Assembly: GCA_045119815.1 (NCBI GenBank)
Contig: JBGVEC010000005.1
Span: 12,642-76,641 of the forward strand
Reading direction: 5' to 3'
Source of the DNA: Paludibacteraceae bacterium
GTDB taxonomy: Bacteria > Bacteroidota > Bacteroidia > Bacteroidales > Paludibacteraceae
Length of the DNA: 64,000 bases
This document shows positions 45,370 to 55,782 of the stretch, one piece after another. A model generated the notes under the pieces. That model was not told the origin of the DNA and did not search any database. It saw only the letters and a list, made by a program, of their open reading frames with translations. The first letter of the stretch is position 1; each line of letters begins with the position of its first letter. The translations under genes were made by a program, and so were the position numbers.

Positions 45370-47172
45370 ATGATTAAAGAGAGATTGGCAGCGCTACGAG
45401 CGTTGATGCAACAACATAATATTTCCGCATGTATTGTACCAGGTACAGACCCACATGCTAGTGAATACATGGCTCCTCACTGGACTGAAATGTCATGGAT
45501 AACCGGTTTCTTAGGAGAGACCGGCACCGCCGTCATCACAATGGATAAAGCCTTGTTGTGGACAGACAGCCGTTACTACCTACAAGCTCAAGCAGAGTTA
45601 CGAGGTACAACTGTAGAACTTATGCGTGAAAGCGATGTAGATTGTCCGACCATACCTGAGTGGCTGTGTAAGGCGACAGGCGAAAGGCGAGAGGCGAGAG
45701 TGGCGGTAAATCCAGAGATGTATAGTGTCAATGGTTATCGTGCATTGAAAGCAGAGTTAGAGGAAGGTGGACTGGAATTGGTATCTATAGATCTAATCTC
45801 TCCTCTATGGACAGAGAACAGACCCGCCATCCCAACATCCGTACTATATGAATACAGCGAGCAATATGCGGGCGAAAGCGTAGCGAGCAAACTGAAACGT
45901 GTGCGCCAAGCTTTGCAAGAGAAACACTGCCAAGCCCTAGTAGTCTCAGCATTGGATGAGATAGGATGGTTACTTAACATTCGAGGTAAGGATGTAGATT
46001 ACACACCTTGTTTGATTAGTTATGTGGTGGTAGAAATGGATAAATGCACCCTATTTGTTACTCCTAATAAACTCAATGATGCTGCCAAAGAATACCTCCA
46101 ACGTATACATGTTTGCGTACAGGATTACACCCACGTATTTGCATATCTACAACAATTGTCCGTAGATAGTATTATGTATGATGGCGGCAAAGTCAACGAA
46201 GCACTATACGAAGCCATAAACGCTGACGTAAAGAAAGTGAATGTCAGCCCAAGTCCCGTACTTAAGATGCAAAGTATTAAGAACGAGGTTGAACTCAACG
46301 GCGAACGCATTGCCATGCGCAAAGATGCAGTAGCACTAACCCGTTTCTTCTACTGGCTAGATAAAGAAGCATTACAGACTCCACAAACCGAAATCACATT
46401 GGCCCAAAAACTCGGAGAGTTCCGCGCTATGGGTGAAAACTACACCGATGATAGTTTCTGCACTATCGCTGGCTGGAAAGGCAACGGCGCCATCGTACAC
46501 TACCATGCAACTCCGGAGGAATGTGCCAATATTGAGGGCGAGGGTGTACTTCTTCTAGACTCAGGAGGACAATATCTAGACGGCACAACCGATATTACAC
46601 GTACTGTTTGGGTGGGTAATCCAGCCAATATCCCTGCTGCCGTTAAACGCGACTATACCGCCGTATTAAAAGGACATATCGCTTTGGCATGCGCCCGTTT
46701 CCCAAAAGGTACACGTGGTAATCAATTGGATGTATTGGCACGCCAGTTCCTTTGGGCAGAGGGTATGACATACGGTCACGGAACAGGTCATGGCGTAGGT
46801 CACTTTATGGGTTGTCACGAAGGACCACAAAACATTCGCACAGACAATAACCCTAATCCATTGCAAGTGGGTAATATCTGTTCTGATGAACCAGGATTGT
46901 ATCGAGCCAATGAATATGGTATTCGCACAGAAAACTTAATTGCTGTGCGCGAATGCAGTAATCTTGAAGCACACGCTACTGGTGAGACTTTCTACGAATT
47001 TGAGACACTCACCCTCTGCTACTATGATACCCATATGATTGACCTTACTCGCATGACTCCCCAGGAGATAGCATGGATCAATGCATACCACGAGTGGGTA
47101 TATGTAGAGACCGCACCCATGCTATCTGCAGATGAGGCAGCATGGCTAAAAGAGAAGTGCAAAGCGCTATAA
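45370..47172 (+). CDS. pepP: M24B family Xaa-Pro aminopeptidase
   Basis: Creatinase-like N-domains. HGTGHGVGHFMGCHEGP, SDEPGLY. Confidence 0.85.
   Translation: MIKERLAALRALMQQHNISACIVPGTDPHASEYMAPHWTEMSWITGFLGETGTAVITMDKALLWTDSRYYLQAQAELRGTTVELMRESDVDCPTIPEWLCKATGERREARVAVNPEMYSVNGYRALKAELEEGGLELVSIDLISPLWTENRPAIPTSVLYEYSEQYAGESVASKLKRVRQALQEKHCQALVVSALDEIGWLLNIRGKDVDYTPCLISYVVVEMDKCTLFVTPNKLNDAAKEYLQRIHVCVQDYTHVFAYLQQLSVDSIMYDGGKVNEALYEAINADVKKVNVSPSPVLKMQSIKNEVELNGERIAMRKDAVALTRFFYWLDKEALQTPQTEITLAQKLGEFRAMGENYTDDSFCTIAGWKGNGAIVHYHATPEECANIEGEGVLLLDSGGQYLDGTTDITRTVWVGNPANIPAAVKRDYTAVLKGHIALACARFPKGTRGNQLDVLARQFLWAEGMTYGHGTGHGVGHFMGCHEGPQNIRTDNNPNPLQVGNICSDEPGLYRANEYGIRTENLIAVRECSNLEAHATGETFYEFETLTLCYYDTHMIDLTRMTPQEIAWINAYHEWVYVETAPMLSADEAAWLKEKCKAL
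45670..45700 (+). repeat. GGCGAMA heptamer tract in frame in pepP
   Basis: aaggcgacaggcgaaaggcgagaggcgagag, translated KATGERREAR. Confidence 0.85.
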
Positions 47173-47190
47173 GAAATAGTTGAAAGATAA

Positions 47191-49461
47191 ATGACTATGG
47201 CTAATTCAATTTTGAAAAAAATACTAATATGGTTTTGGAGTATATTCGCTCTAGGACTTGCATCAATAATATTGATATTCTGGTTAATAACCAAAGGTGC
47301 ATTAGGCTATCTACCTCCATTGGATGAATTACAAAATCCAAAAAACAAATTTGCTACCGAAGTCATTTCTTCGGACATGCAACTGCTAGGACGTTACTAT
47401 CGTCAAGAGAATCGCGTGGGTGTATCTTACGAGGATATATCACCTAACATGATTAATGCATTGATAGCCACAGAAGATGCGAGATATTATAGCCATACAG
47501 GTATTGACTTCAAATCCTTACTGCGTGCTATCATCAAAATGGGTAAAGCAGGTGGAGGAAGTACTATTACACAGCAATTGGCAAAGCAATTGTGGTCACC
47601 ACGTGCCAACAATATCTTTGAGCGTGCACTGCAAAAACCTATAGAATGGGTGATTGCCACTAAATTAGAGAGACTCTATTCCAAAGAAGAGATACTGACT
47701 ATGTATCTCAACCAATTTGATTTTCTCTACAACGCGGTCGGTGTTAAATCCGCAGCGCAGGTATATTTCAGTACGACTCCTGACCAACTAACGATAGAAG
47801 AAGCTGCAATGCTGGTGGGTATGTGTAAAAACCCATCCATGTACAACCCACGTCGCCGTCCAGAACGTGCATTGAATCGTCGAAACACAGTCTTAGATCA
47901 GATGTGCAAATACGGGTATCTCAGCAATCAAGAGTGTGACTCACTCCAGGCATTACCTGTTGATATCAAATACCAATCCGTGGATCACAAACAAGGACTA
48001 GCTCCTTATTTCCGTGAATATTTGCGACAGGTATTGACTGCCAAAGAACCTAAGAAGAGCAATTACTCCGAATGGAATGCACACCAATATGATATTGATA
48101 TGCGTTTATGGAGAGAGAATCCGCTATACGGTTTCTGCAATAAGAATCATAAACCAGATGGTACACCATACGATTTATATCATGATGGATTGCGCATATA
48201 TACTACAATAGACTCACGCATGCAAAAATACGCAGAGGAAGCCGTGAGTGAGCACATGCAAGACCTGCAAAAGAGTTTCTTCCGCGAGAAACGGAAAAAG
48301 AGTTATGCCCCATTCTCCAAAGATTTGACGGAGGAAGATATAGATGGCATCATGCATCGCTCTATGCGTCAAACTGATCGCTACCGTGGATTGAAGAAAC
48401 AAGGAATGAATGAGAATGAGATACGTAAAGTGTTCAACACGCCTGTAGTTATGCGTGTATTCTCATACGACGGTTTGATTGATACGACTATGACTCCTAT
48501 GGATTCCATCCGTTGGAATAAGCATTTCCTGCGTTGCGGTTTTATGTCTATGGATGCACATTCCGGTGCCGTAAAAGCATACGTGGGTGGTCCTAATTTC
48601 ACACATTTCCAATACGACATGGTCACTTCAGGTCGCCGTCAGGTGGGTTCTACCATTAAACCATACTTGTTCACATTGGCTATGGACGAAGGTATGTGGC
48701 CTTGCGATAGCACAGTCAACGACTCAATCACCTTGATTGACGGCAATGGTGTGGCATGGACACCACGTGATGATCACCACGCTAACCAAGGAGAAATGGT
48801 GACACTCAATTGGGGACTAGAGAAATCAAGTAACTGGATTACCGCCTACCTCATGTCTCTATTTACTCCAGAGCAATTGGTAAGAATGATGCGATCATTT
48901 GGTATAGAAGGTCCACTGGAGCCAGTAGTGAGTCTATGTTTAGGTCCATGCGAAGTGAGTGTACAAGAGATGGTTGATGCATACACCACATTCCCAAACA
49001 AGGGTATTCGTGTAGAGCCCATGTATGTAACACGCATTGAAGATAACAATGGTAACGTATTAGCGACATTTGTACCTAAGACCCACGAAATTATCAATGA
49101 GACCACATCGTACAAGATGATCTATATGCTCCGCAATGTAATGGATCATGGTACGGGTGTTCGCGCTCGTTTCCGTTATGGTTTGAAAGCTCCTATGGGA
49201 GGAAAAACCGGAACATCCCAAAACCATTCCGACGGTTGGTTTGTCGGTTTTACGCCATCTTTGGTAAGTGGTGTATGGGTAGGAGGTGAAGACCGATCCA
49301 TTCACTTTGATAACATGAGTGCAGGACAAGGTGCAAATATGGCATTGCCTATCTGGTCTATCTACATGCAAAAAGTGTATGCAGATGAAGAATTAGGATA
49401 TAGTGTAGAAGAACAATTTGATGTTCCAGAGTGGTTCGATGCAGAAGCGGGATGTAAGTAA
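47191..49461 (+). CDS. Class A penicillin-binding protein (transglycosylase/transpeptidase)
   Basis: EDARYYSHTGID, GGSTITQQLAK (GT51 domain). STIK, SSN, KTGT (transpeptidase domain). Confidence 0.9.
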   Translation: MTMANSILKKILIWFWSIFALGLASIILIFWLITKGALGYLPPLDELQNPKNKFATEVISSDMQLLGRYYRQENRVGVSYEDISPNMINALIATEDARYYSHTGIDFKSLLRAIIKMGKAGGGSTITQQLAKQLWSPRANNIFERALQKPIEWVIATKLERLYSKEEILTMYLNQFDFLYNAVGVKSAAQVYFSTTPDQLTIEEAAMLVGMCKNPSMYNPRRRPERALNRRNTVLDQMCKYGYLSNQECDSLQALPVDIKYQSVDHKQGLAPYFREYLRQVLTAKEPKKSNYSEWNAHQYDIDMRLWRENPLYGFCNKNHKPDGTPYDLYHDGLRIYTTIDSRMQKYAEEAVSEHMQDLQKSFFREKRKKSYAPFSKDLTEEDIDGIMHRSMRQTDRYRGLKKQGMNENEIRKVFNTPVVMRVFSYDGLIDTTMTPMDSIRWNKHFLRCGFMSMDAHSGAVKAYVGGPNFTHFQYDMVTSGRRQVGSTIKPYLFTLAMDEGMWPCDSTVNDSITLIDGNGVAWTPRDDHHANQGEMVTLNWGLEKSSNWITAYLMSLFTPEQLVRMMRSFGIEGPLEPVVSLCLGPCEVSVQEMVDAYTTFPNKGIRVEPMYVTRIEDNNGNVLATFVPKTHEIINETTSYKMIYMLRNVMDHGTGVRARFRYGLKAPMGGKTGTSQNHSDGWFVGFTPSLVSGVWVGGEDRSIHFDNMSAGQGANMALPIWSIYMQKVYADEELGYSVEEQFDVPEWFDAEAGCK

Positions 49462-49530
49462 TTCAGACCACTACGCTGATAGATGTCAGATCACGACATT
49501 GTTGGACCGCTGCACTGATAGATAAAAAGA

Positions 49531-51546
49531 ATGAGGATATCGCTCCGATATATATTAATTATTTTTGGTTTTTGGCTCCTAAGTATTGGTTCCATACATG
49601 CACAATTGAATACGGATCGAATAACAGCGATTGGTAGGAATGCGTTGTATTTTGACGACTATGTACTTAGTATTCAATACTTTAATCAAGTTATTAAGCT
49701 CAAACCGTATTTGAGTGAACCCTATCTTCTGCGTGCCATTGCTAAAATTCAATTAGGAGATTACACGGGAGCAGAACAAGACTGTAATGCAGCTATCGAA
49801 CGCAATCCGTTTCAACCAGGCGCATATTATACCCGTGGATATGTCTATCGACTAACCAATCAACTAGAAAAGTCAGAACAAGACTTTAATGAAGCACTCA
49901 TATTTGCTCCCGAAAATCGCACCTATATTGCTATGCGTGCCGATGTTCGCGCGGAGCAAGAGAAATTTGACTTAGCCCTAGATGACATCAATCACTTACT
50001 CCATCGAGAGCCTAAATCAGCGGCACTACATTTTGAAAAAGGTTCGATTTGTTTGCGTAGCAATGATACATTATGTGCGCTCAACTCCTTTGTTCAAGCA
50101 ACAACATACGACTCGCAAAATCCTGCCAACTGGTCCGCATTGGGATTGGTGCAACTGATGATGAATAGTCAAGATGATGCATTGGTATCGCTCACCAAAT
50201 CCATTAATCAAGGGAGCAATTGGGCTGGCGACTATATTAACCGGGGTATCATCTACTATCAACGACATAATTACAGAAGTGCTCTTGCTGACTATGATAA
50301 AGCAGTAACACTTGCTCCGAAGGACGCACAATGTTATTACAATCGTGGCATGCTGCGACAGGAAGTAGGCGATTATAATCGAGCTTTGGAAGATTTCTCA
50401 CAAGCTATAGAACTGTCTCCTGAACAGATTGAAATATATTATCAGCGAGGATTGGTTCAACTCCAGTTGCGCCAATGGGAAGAGGCATTGAATGATTTTC
50501 AGACTATTATCAACCGATTCCCCTATTTTTTACCCGCTTATTATCTCTCTGCCCAAGCAGAAACCTCATTAGGAAATGGCAAGCAAGCCTACGAATTGCG
50601 TAAAAAAGCCTACGAATTGGAACAACAAAAAGATAGCATCCAATCCTTGCAGACGACGATGCAACTCGCCCAATCACAACCACAACAACGAGATAGACGC
50701 AAAGAATTCTCCGCATTAGCAGCACAAAACCAAGAAGCAAGTGAAGAAGAGAGCAAATACGATAGCGAGACACGTGGGGCTGTGCAGAATCATTATGCAG
50801 ATGTCGTAAACGAGCCTAATATTTTAATCTCATACTACGCTAACCCGAACAACGCAACATCACTGAGACAAACCAATTATTCACATGTTATAGTGGATGA
50901 ATACAACCGAAAAAACTTGTTGCCATCTCCTTTGCGTTTTACGACACAGGAAATTACTCTGACAGTTGATATGGTGAATCAACACTTTGCACAAATCCAC
51001 CAACTCTCTGATCAGATAGAACTACTAAAACAAATAACACTACCACAATCACCCAATAATCAACAATTATGTGCAGCATATTTAGCACGTGCTATTGAAG
51101 AGGCTTTGGTACAAGATTACTCATCCGCGATGGACGACATTACACGCGCCATATTGATGGATGATCGTTTATATTTTGCGTATTTTTGTCGTGCCAATTG
51201 GCGATATAAGTTATTGGAATACAAACGTGCAATGGGAGAGAAGACGGATGCCGCAGACTTTGAATTGATGATGCGTGACTATGATTATGTCATATCTCAT
51301 CAACCAGACTTCTCTTTTGCCTATTACAACAAGGCGAACATGTTATGCCTACAACAAGATTTTCGTGCAGCTATTTCCTATTATACCCAAGCTATAGCAG
51401 TTGATAGTGATTTTGCCGAAGCATACTTCAATCGTGGACTAACATATATCTATATCAACGAAACAGAAAAAGGACTTGCTGACCTAAGCAAAGCAGGCGA
51501 ACTAGGAATATATCAAGCATATAACCTCATTACCCGATTTCAATAA
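49531..51546 (+). CDS. Tetratricopeptide-repeat protein, secreted
   Basis: Signal peptide. More than 10 TPR-like A..Y..RG..Y units. Confidence 0.75.
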   Translation: MRISLRYILIIFGFWLLSIGSIHAQLNTDRITAIGRNALYFDDYVLSIQYFNQVIKLKPYLSEPYLLRAIAKIQLGDYTGAEQDCNAAIERNPFQPGAYYTRGYVYRLTNQLEKSEQDFNEALIFAPENRTYIAMRADVRAEQEKFDLALDDINHLLHREPKSAALHFEKGSICLRSNDTLCALNSFVQATTYDSQNPANWSALGLVQLMMNSQDDALVSLTKSINQGSNWAGDYINRGIIYYQRHNYRSALADYDKAVTLAPKDAQCYYNRGMLRQEVGDYNRALEDFSQAIELSPEQIEIYYQRGLVQLQLRQWEEALNDFQTIINRFPYFLPAYYLSAQAETSLGNGKQAYELRKKAYELEQQKDSIQSLQTTMQLAQSQPQQRDRRKEFSALAAQNQEASEEESKYDSETRGAVQNHYADVVNEPNILISYYANPNNATSLRQTNYSHVIVDEYNRKNLLPSPLRFTTQEITLTVDMVNQHFAQIHQLSDQIELLKQITLPQSPNNQQLCAAYLARAIEEALVQDYSSAMDDITRAILMDDRLYFAYFCRANWRYKLLEYKRAMGEKTDAADFELMMRDYDYVISHQPDFSFAYYNKANMLCLQQDFRAAISYYTQAIAVDSDFAEAYFNRGLTYIYINETEKGLADLSKAGELGIYQAYNLITRFQ

Positions 51547-51548
51547 CT

Positions 51549-52421
51549 ATGAATAGACTCATTCTATGTATAGGCTTGTGGCTCCTTACTCTTGTGGATA
51601 TTCACTCACAGGTGCTATATCGTGTTTCTAGCAATTCAACCAAGGCACCCTCCTATATTCTCGCTACCAACAAACTCGTAGATATAACCTTCTTAGATAC
51701 CATTCCCAATGTGTTTAAGTGCTTTAGCGATTGTGATAAAGTAATCACGGAGTTTGCGATGCAAGATTATGAAGCAATTGCCGCACTACGGCAAGCCGCT
51801 CTCCTACCCGATTCCGTACAACTACGTAACTTCTACACTGATCTACAATACAAAGAAATAGACGAGGCACTACGTACTCACCTAGGTATGGGATTAGATA
51901 AATTAGGAAGAATGAAACCGTCTTATCTAACAGAAATGTTTCGTAATGAACTTTTAATCCAATGGTTACATTATAACGAAGAGCGATCTATGGAATCATT
52001 CTTCGAAAAAATCGCCATACAAAACAATACCCCCATATATGGTTTGGATGATATTGGCGAAACGATGTATATGCTCTTTGATCGTGAACCATTCCATTGG
52101 CAATGCGAAGAATTGGAAAAAATCATCAACTATCCAGAACGCGAGATTCGTCTAGAACGCACACTGTGCAATATGTATCGCTACGGCCGATTAACAGATA
52201 TGGTATATACCTTCAAAGGGCCGGATAACACCTCCACCCTATCCTATTCGGATTATCAAGTATATGCTAAACGCAATAAGGAATGGGTTAAACGATTGCG
52301 CCCATATCTTGCAGAAGGCAATGCCTTTATCACACTCAATGCAGTATATTTGGGAGGTGAAGATGGTTTGCTCGCTCAATTAAAAGCAGCAGGATACAGA
52401 GTGAAAGCGGTGAATAAGTAG
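51549..52421 (+). CDS. TraB/GumN family protein (both conserved His positions apparently substituted)
   Basis: Signal peptide. APSYILATNKL and FITLNAVYLGGEDGLLAQLKAAGYRV align by eye with the family GTxH and GAGHLxGexG motifs. Confidence 0.55.
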   Translation: MNRLILCIGLWLLTLVDIHSQVLYRVSSNSTKAPSYILATNKLVDITFLDTIPNVFKCFSDCDKVITEFAMQDYEAIAALRQAALLPDSVQLRNFYTDLQYKEIDEALRTHLGMGLDKLGRMKPSYLTEMFRNELLIQWLHYNEERSMESFFEKIAIQNNTPIYGLDDIGETMYMLFDREPFHWQCEELEKIINYPEREIRLERTLCNMYRYGRLTDMVYTFKGPDNTSTLSYSDYQVYAKRNKEWVKRLRPYLAEGNAFITLNAVYLGGEDGLLAQLKAAGYRVKAVNK

Positions 52422-52451
52422 TGTAGGGTTTAAGGTTTAAGGTTTAGGGTG
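52421..52451 (+). repeat. GTGTAGG/GTTTAAG x2/GTTTAGG heptamer array right after the stop
   Basis: gtgtagggtttaaggtttaaggtttagggtg. Confidence 0.9.
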
Positions 52452-52457
52452 AAACGA

Positions 52458-53501
52458 ATGTTATCATTTTTAGAGCGAAATGCATTAGCATTGGCAATGG
52501 TAGTAGGTGTACTTGGGCAATCCATCTTTAGACACCTTAATTTTTTATTGCCACCGCTAATATTTTTCATGTTATTCTTTACGTTCTGCAAAATCGATCC
52601 TGCTGATTTACGACTGCGGAAATGGCATGGATTGATATTGGTGACCCAATTGGTATTAGGAATAGGTCTGTACTATGCTCTCCATTATGGTCTTAGTGCA
52701 TATAGTTCATTAACTAGTAATGATATCGCCATTATCTCTCAAGGCTTGATGTTATGCGTGCTCATGCCTACTGCTTCGGCAGCCGCTATCATCGCTGGCA
52801 AACTAGGAGGTAGTATTCAGAATCTCACATCGTTTACGATGTTGAGCAACGTAGCCACAGCGGTGATCGTCCCATTGTTTTTTCCTGTGGTAAATCCTAG
52901 TGCAGGGATCGAATTTACAACTGCCTTTCTGATGATTCTCAAACGCATCACTCCTCTTCTGCTTTGTCCTTTCTTTGCAGCATGGTTGCTTAGAATAGTG
53001 TGCAATATCTATCATCGTAAACGCAACACTGGCAAGACATTTACCTTATCTACCCAATGGGCATCTATGCCTTTTTATATCTGGATAGCGGCATTGATTG
53101 TCCTAATGGCCGATCTGACCCATACTCTCATTCATCAAACCTATAGTTTCTGGACTATTGCTATCATTTGTGTGGGATCACTCATCACTTGCTTGATGCA
53201 GTTTGGACTAGGTAAATGGATCGGTTATCACTACCCTGCCGGTACTAAGGGAAATGATTACAAAGATGTATTGATAGACCCCGAAGCAGCAAACTACTCT
53301 ATGCAAAAAGTCAGTCAAATTACGGCAGGTCAAGCTTTTGGACAAAAGAACACTACCCTAGCCATTTGGATGGCACAAGCTTATTTGGTGCCCATCGCCT
53401 CTATGGCACCTGCGGTATATATCATTTGGCAAAACTTGTTCAATTCGATTCAACTAATGATGGCAGGACGAAGGGCGGAGAAAAGCAAGAAGGGAGCGTG
53501 A
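52458..53501 (+). CDS. Polytopic membrane transporter (bile acid:Na+ symporter-like fold, tentative)
   Basis: About 10 predicted TM segments. I prefer ATG 52458 because the GTG at 52449 lies inside the repeat array. Confidence 0.45.
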   Translation: MLSFLERNALALAMVVGVLGQSIFRHLNFLLPPLIFFMLFFTFCKIDPADLRLRKWHGLILVTQLVLGIGLYYALHYGLSAYSSLTSNDIAIISQGLMLCVLMPTASAAAIIAGKLGGSIQNLTSFTMLSNVATAVIVPLFFPVVNPSAGIEFTTAFLMILKRITPLLLCPFFAAWLLRIVCNIYHRKRNTGKTFTLSTQWASMPFYIWIAALIVLMADLTHTLIHQTYSFWTIAIICVGSLITCLMQFGLGKWIGYHYPAGTKGNDYKDVLIDPEAANYSMQKVSQITAGQAFGQKNTTLAIWMAQAYLVPIASMAPAVYIIWQNLFNSIQLMMAGRRAEKSKKGA

Positions 53502-53513
53502 TGCTCCCTTCTT
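53487..53513. terminator. 11-bp-stem hairpin straddling the transporter stop codon
   Basis: aagaagggagc-gtgat-gctcccttctt. No clean U-run. Confidence 0.4.
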
Positions 53514-53528
53514 GTGGTAATGTATAAA

Positions 53529-53570
53529 AAGTTTTAAGAGTTTTAAAAGTTCTAAAGGTTCTAAAGGTGG
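53529..53570. repeat. Stuttered AGTTTTAAG / AGGTTCTAA words between convergent genes
   Basis: aagttttaagagttttaaaagttctaaaggttctaaaggtgg. Confidence 0.8.
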
Positions 53571-54776
53571 TTAGGCGAGTTTTGCCAATGCTTCTTTCAT
53601 GCGGCGCATTGCCTCAATGATGAGATCTTCGCTCGTTGCGTATGAGAAGCGGATGCAGTTATCCTCACCAAAAGCACTACCGGATACACATGCCACATGC
53701 GCTTCTTGAAGCAGGTAAGTAACCAATTCATCGGCATTGTGGATGGTTTGACCATTATATTGTTTGCCAAAGAAAGCAGACACATCTGGGAAGAGGTAGA
53801 ATGCACCCTGTGGCTCAAGTACTTTCATACCAGGAATCTCCTTAGCAAGACCAACAATGAGATTGCGACGACGCTCAAATGCTTGGCGCATATCCTCTAC
53901 ACATTCCTGAGGACCAGCATAAGCAGCTTCAGCAGCTTTTTGAGCAATGGTGGTAGCACAACTGATGGTTTGACCTTGAAGACGTTTTACAGCCGTAATA
54001 AAATCTTTATCGTGGCAAGCAAGCCAACCAATACGGTAACCTGTCATAGCATACGCTTTGCTGACGCCGTTGATAATAATAAGACGATCTTCTAACTCTG
54101 GGAACTGAGCGAGCGTCTCGTGTTTACCTGTATAAAGGATATGTTGGTAAATCTCATCTGCGAGCACGATGATTTGTGGATGTTTCTTGAGTACTTCCAC
54201 AATCGCCTTGAGATTCTCGTAGGTATAAACTGAACCTGTAGGGTTATTAGGCGTACAAAGCATGAGGAGCTTGGTATTAGGAGTGATTACATCCTCTAGT
54301 TGCTCTGCAGTAAGGCAGAAGTTGTTCTCCATAGATGTCTTAACAAGTACACTCTTACCTTGAGCAATCTTGACCATTTCCACATAACTTACCCAACAAG
54401 GTGTAGGCATGATTACCTCATCTCCAGGACCAATAATTGCCTCGATGGCATTGCAAAGCGCTTGCTTAGCACCAACCGAAACAACGATCTCGTTGGCATT
54501 GTATGAACGAACAGGATAGTCCTTGATATCCTTATTGAGAGAAGCGGCAATCGCTTCACGCAAAGCAGGGAAACCAGGTGTAGGACCATAGTGAGAGATG
54601 TCGTTGTTAACAGCATCGATAGCCGCTTGTTTGACATGTGCAGGAGCAGGAAAATCAGGTTCTCCCAAAGAAAGACCAATCACATCTACTCCTTCCGCAC
54701 GGAGTTGCTGACAAAGTGCTGCAACTTGTAGTGTAGCTGACTCTTCGAGGGCAGCAATACGATTAGAGATAATCAT
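53571..54776 (-). CDS. aspC: Class I PLP-dependent aminotransferase (aspartate aminotransferase type)
   Basis: 401 aa. GEPDF, NPTG, SKAYAMTGYRIG (PLP-Lys). Confidence 0.85.
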   Translation of the reverse strand: MIISNRIAALEESATLQVAALCQQLRAEGVDVIGLSLGEPDFPAPAHVKQAAIDAVNNDISHYGPTPGFPALREAIAASLNKDIKDYPVRSYNANEIVVSVGAKQALCNAIEAIIGPGDEVIMPTPCWVSYVEMVKIAQGKSVLVKTSMENNFCLTAEQLEDVITPNTKLLMLCTPNNPTGSVYTYENLKAIVEVLKKHPQIIVLADEIYQHILYTGKHETLAQFPELEDRLIIINGVSKAYAMTGYRIGWLACHDKDFITAVKRLQGQTISCATTIAQKAAEAAYAGPQECVEDMRQAFERRRNLIVGLAKEIPGMKVLEPQGAFYLFPDVSAFFGKQYNGQTIHNADELVTYLLQEAHVACVSGSAFGEDNCIRFSYATSEDLIIEAMRRMKEALAKLA

Positions 54777-54783
54777 AAGGGGT

Positions 54784-54822
54784 AATTAAGAATTATGAAT
54801 TATGAATTTTGATTATGAAGTT
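54784..54822. repeat. AATTAAG/AATTATG x2/AATTTTG heptamer array just upstream of the aspC start
   Basis: aattaagaattatgaattatgaattttgattatgaag. Confidence 0.85.
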
Positions 54823-54837
54823 TGTTTTTACGGGGTG

Positions 54838-54845
54838 CAAAGGTA
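54838..54845 (-). promoter_or_regulatory. Candidate -7 box TACCTTTG for aspC
   Basis: The plus strand reads caaaggta, 62 nt upstream of start 54776. Confidence 0.5.
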
Positions 54846-54941
54846 CTACATTTTTTTGAAATACGCAAGAATTAGAATAGGGAGGATTTATTTTTTTATG
54901 TAAAAATCAAATGAAAATTTGCATATACAAAAAAAAAGTCG

Positions 54942-54949
54942 TACCTTTG
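54942..54949 (+). promoter_or_regulatory. Candidate -7 box TACCTTTG for the small OMP gene
   Basis: TAnnTTTG match 85 nt upstream of ATG 55034. Confidence 0.5.
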
Positions 54950-55033
54950 CGAAGCGAATTGACAAAAAGTCTGGTAATTCAGCAAAAATAATTACTAAAT
55001 AATACAATTTATTCACTATTAATTTTAAGCATT

Positions 55034-55528
55034 ATGAAAAAATTACTTTTGGTTGCCATTTTGGCAGTAGCAGGTATTGCAGCGGCAGTTGCTCAACCTC
55101 GCGCAATCGGTGTAAACTTGGGTTATGGTCTTGATGTTTCTTACCAACATTCACTCGGTGAGGCAAATATGATTGATTTATCTGTAAACCTTCCATTCTT
55201 TGATGGTATTGGTGCGCAAGCTACTTATGATTGGGTTAACCCATTTGGTACAGCAATTCCTTGGAACAATAAAGGTGAGTGGAACTGGTCTCTCGGTGTA
55301 GGTGCTGGTGCTGGTCTCTACGGTTTTGATGCGATGGCTGCTGGACTTTGCGTTTGGTATGTTGGTGCTGTTGGTCACGTAGGTGTATCATATGATTTTT
55401 GGTTCCCATTGCAACTCTCTGTTGATTGGCGTCCAAACATCGGTGTTGCAGGTTTTGCTGATGGTTGTGGATTTAACAAAGATGGTTTGTACAGCGGTAT
55501 CACCCTTGGTGTTCGTTACTTGTTCTAA
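55034..55528 (+). CDS. Small Gly-rich outer-membrane beta-barrel protein, hypothetical
   Basis: Signal peptide MKKLLLVAILAVAGIAAAVAQ, alternating aromatic/Gly strands, C-terminal GVRYLF. Confidence 0.6.
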   Translation: MKKLLLVAILAVAGIAAAVAQPRAIGVNLGYGLDVSYQHSLGEANMIDLSVNLPFFDGIGAQATYDWVNPFGTAIPWNNKGEWNWSLGVGAGAGLYGFDAMAAGLCVWYVGAVGHVGVSYDFWFPLQLSVDWRPNIGVAGFADGCGFNKDGLYSGITLGVRYLF

Positions 55529-55550
55529 TTCAAGTTCAACATACAACAGA

Positions 55551-55582
55551 AAAGATGTTCTCGCAAGAGAGCATCTTTTTTT
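55551..55582 (+). terminator. Intrinsic terminator of the OMP gene
   Basis: aaagatgttctc-gcaa-gagagcatcttt followed by tttt. Confidence 0.8.
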
Positions 55583-55606
55583 GTGCGCGATAGAATACGC
55601 TTGTTC

Positions 55607-55653
55607 TCCGTTATCCCTCCGTTATCCCTCCGTAGAAGATCAGTAGAAGATAG
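55607..55653. repeat. Two adjacent 11-bp tandem repeats (TCCGTTATCCC x2.5; GTAGAAGATCA x2)
   Basis: Read directly. Confidence 0.9.
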
Positions 55654-55739
55654 GGAGGTTATAAGCAGGTTGAATATAGGAGGGAGGTAGCGGAATCCTA
55701 CGGAGTTCTCCGCCACAAGGGCTCGATAACGCTTCGCTC

Positions 55740-55760
55740 TTCCTTCGGTGTTCCTTCGGT
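55740..55760. repeat. 11-bp doublet TTCCTTCGGTG x2
   Basis: Read directly. Confidence 0.85.
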
Positions 55761-55782
55761 AAAGTTACGGAAAAGATACGAC

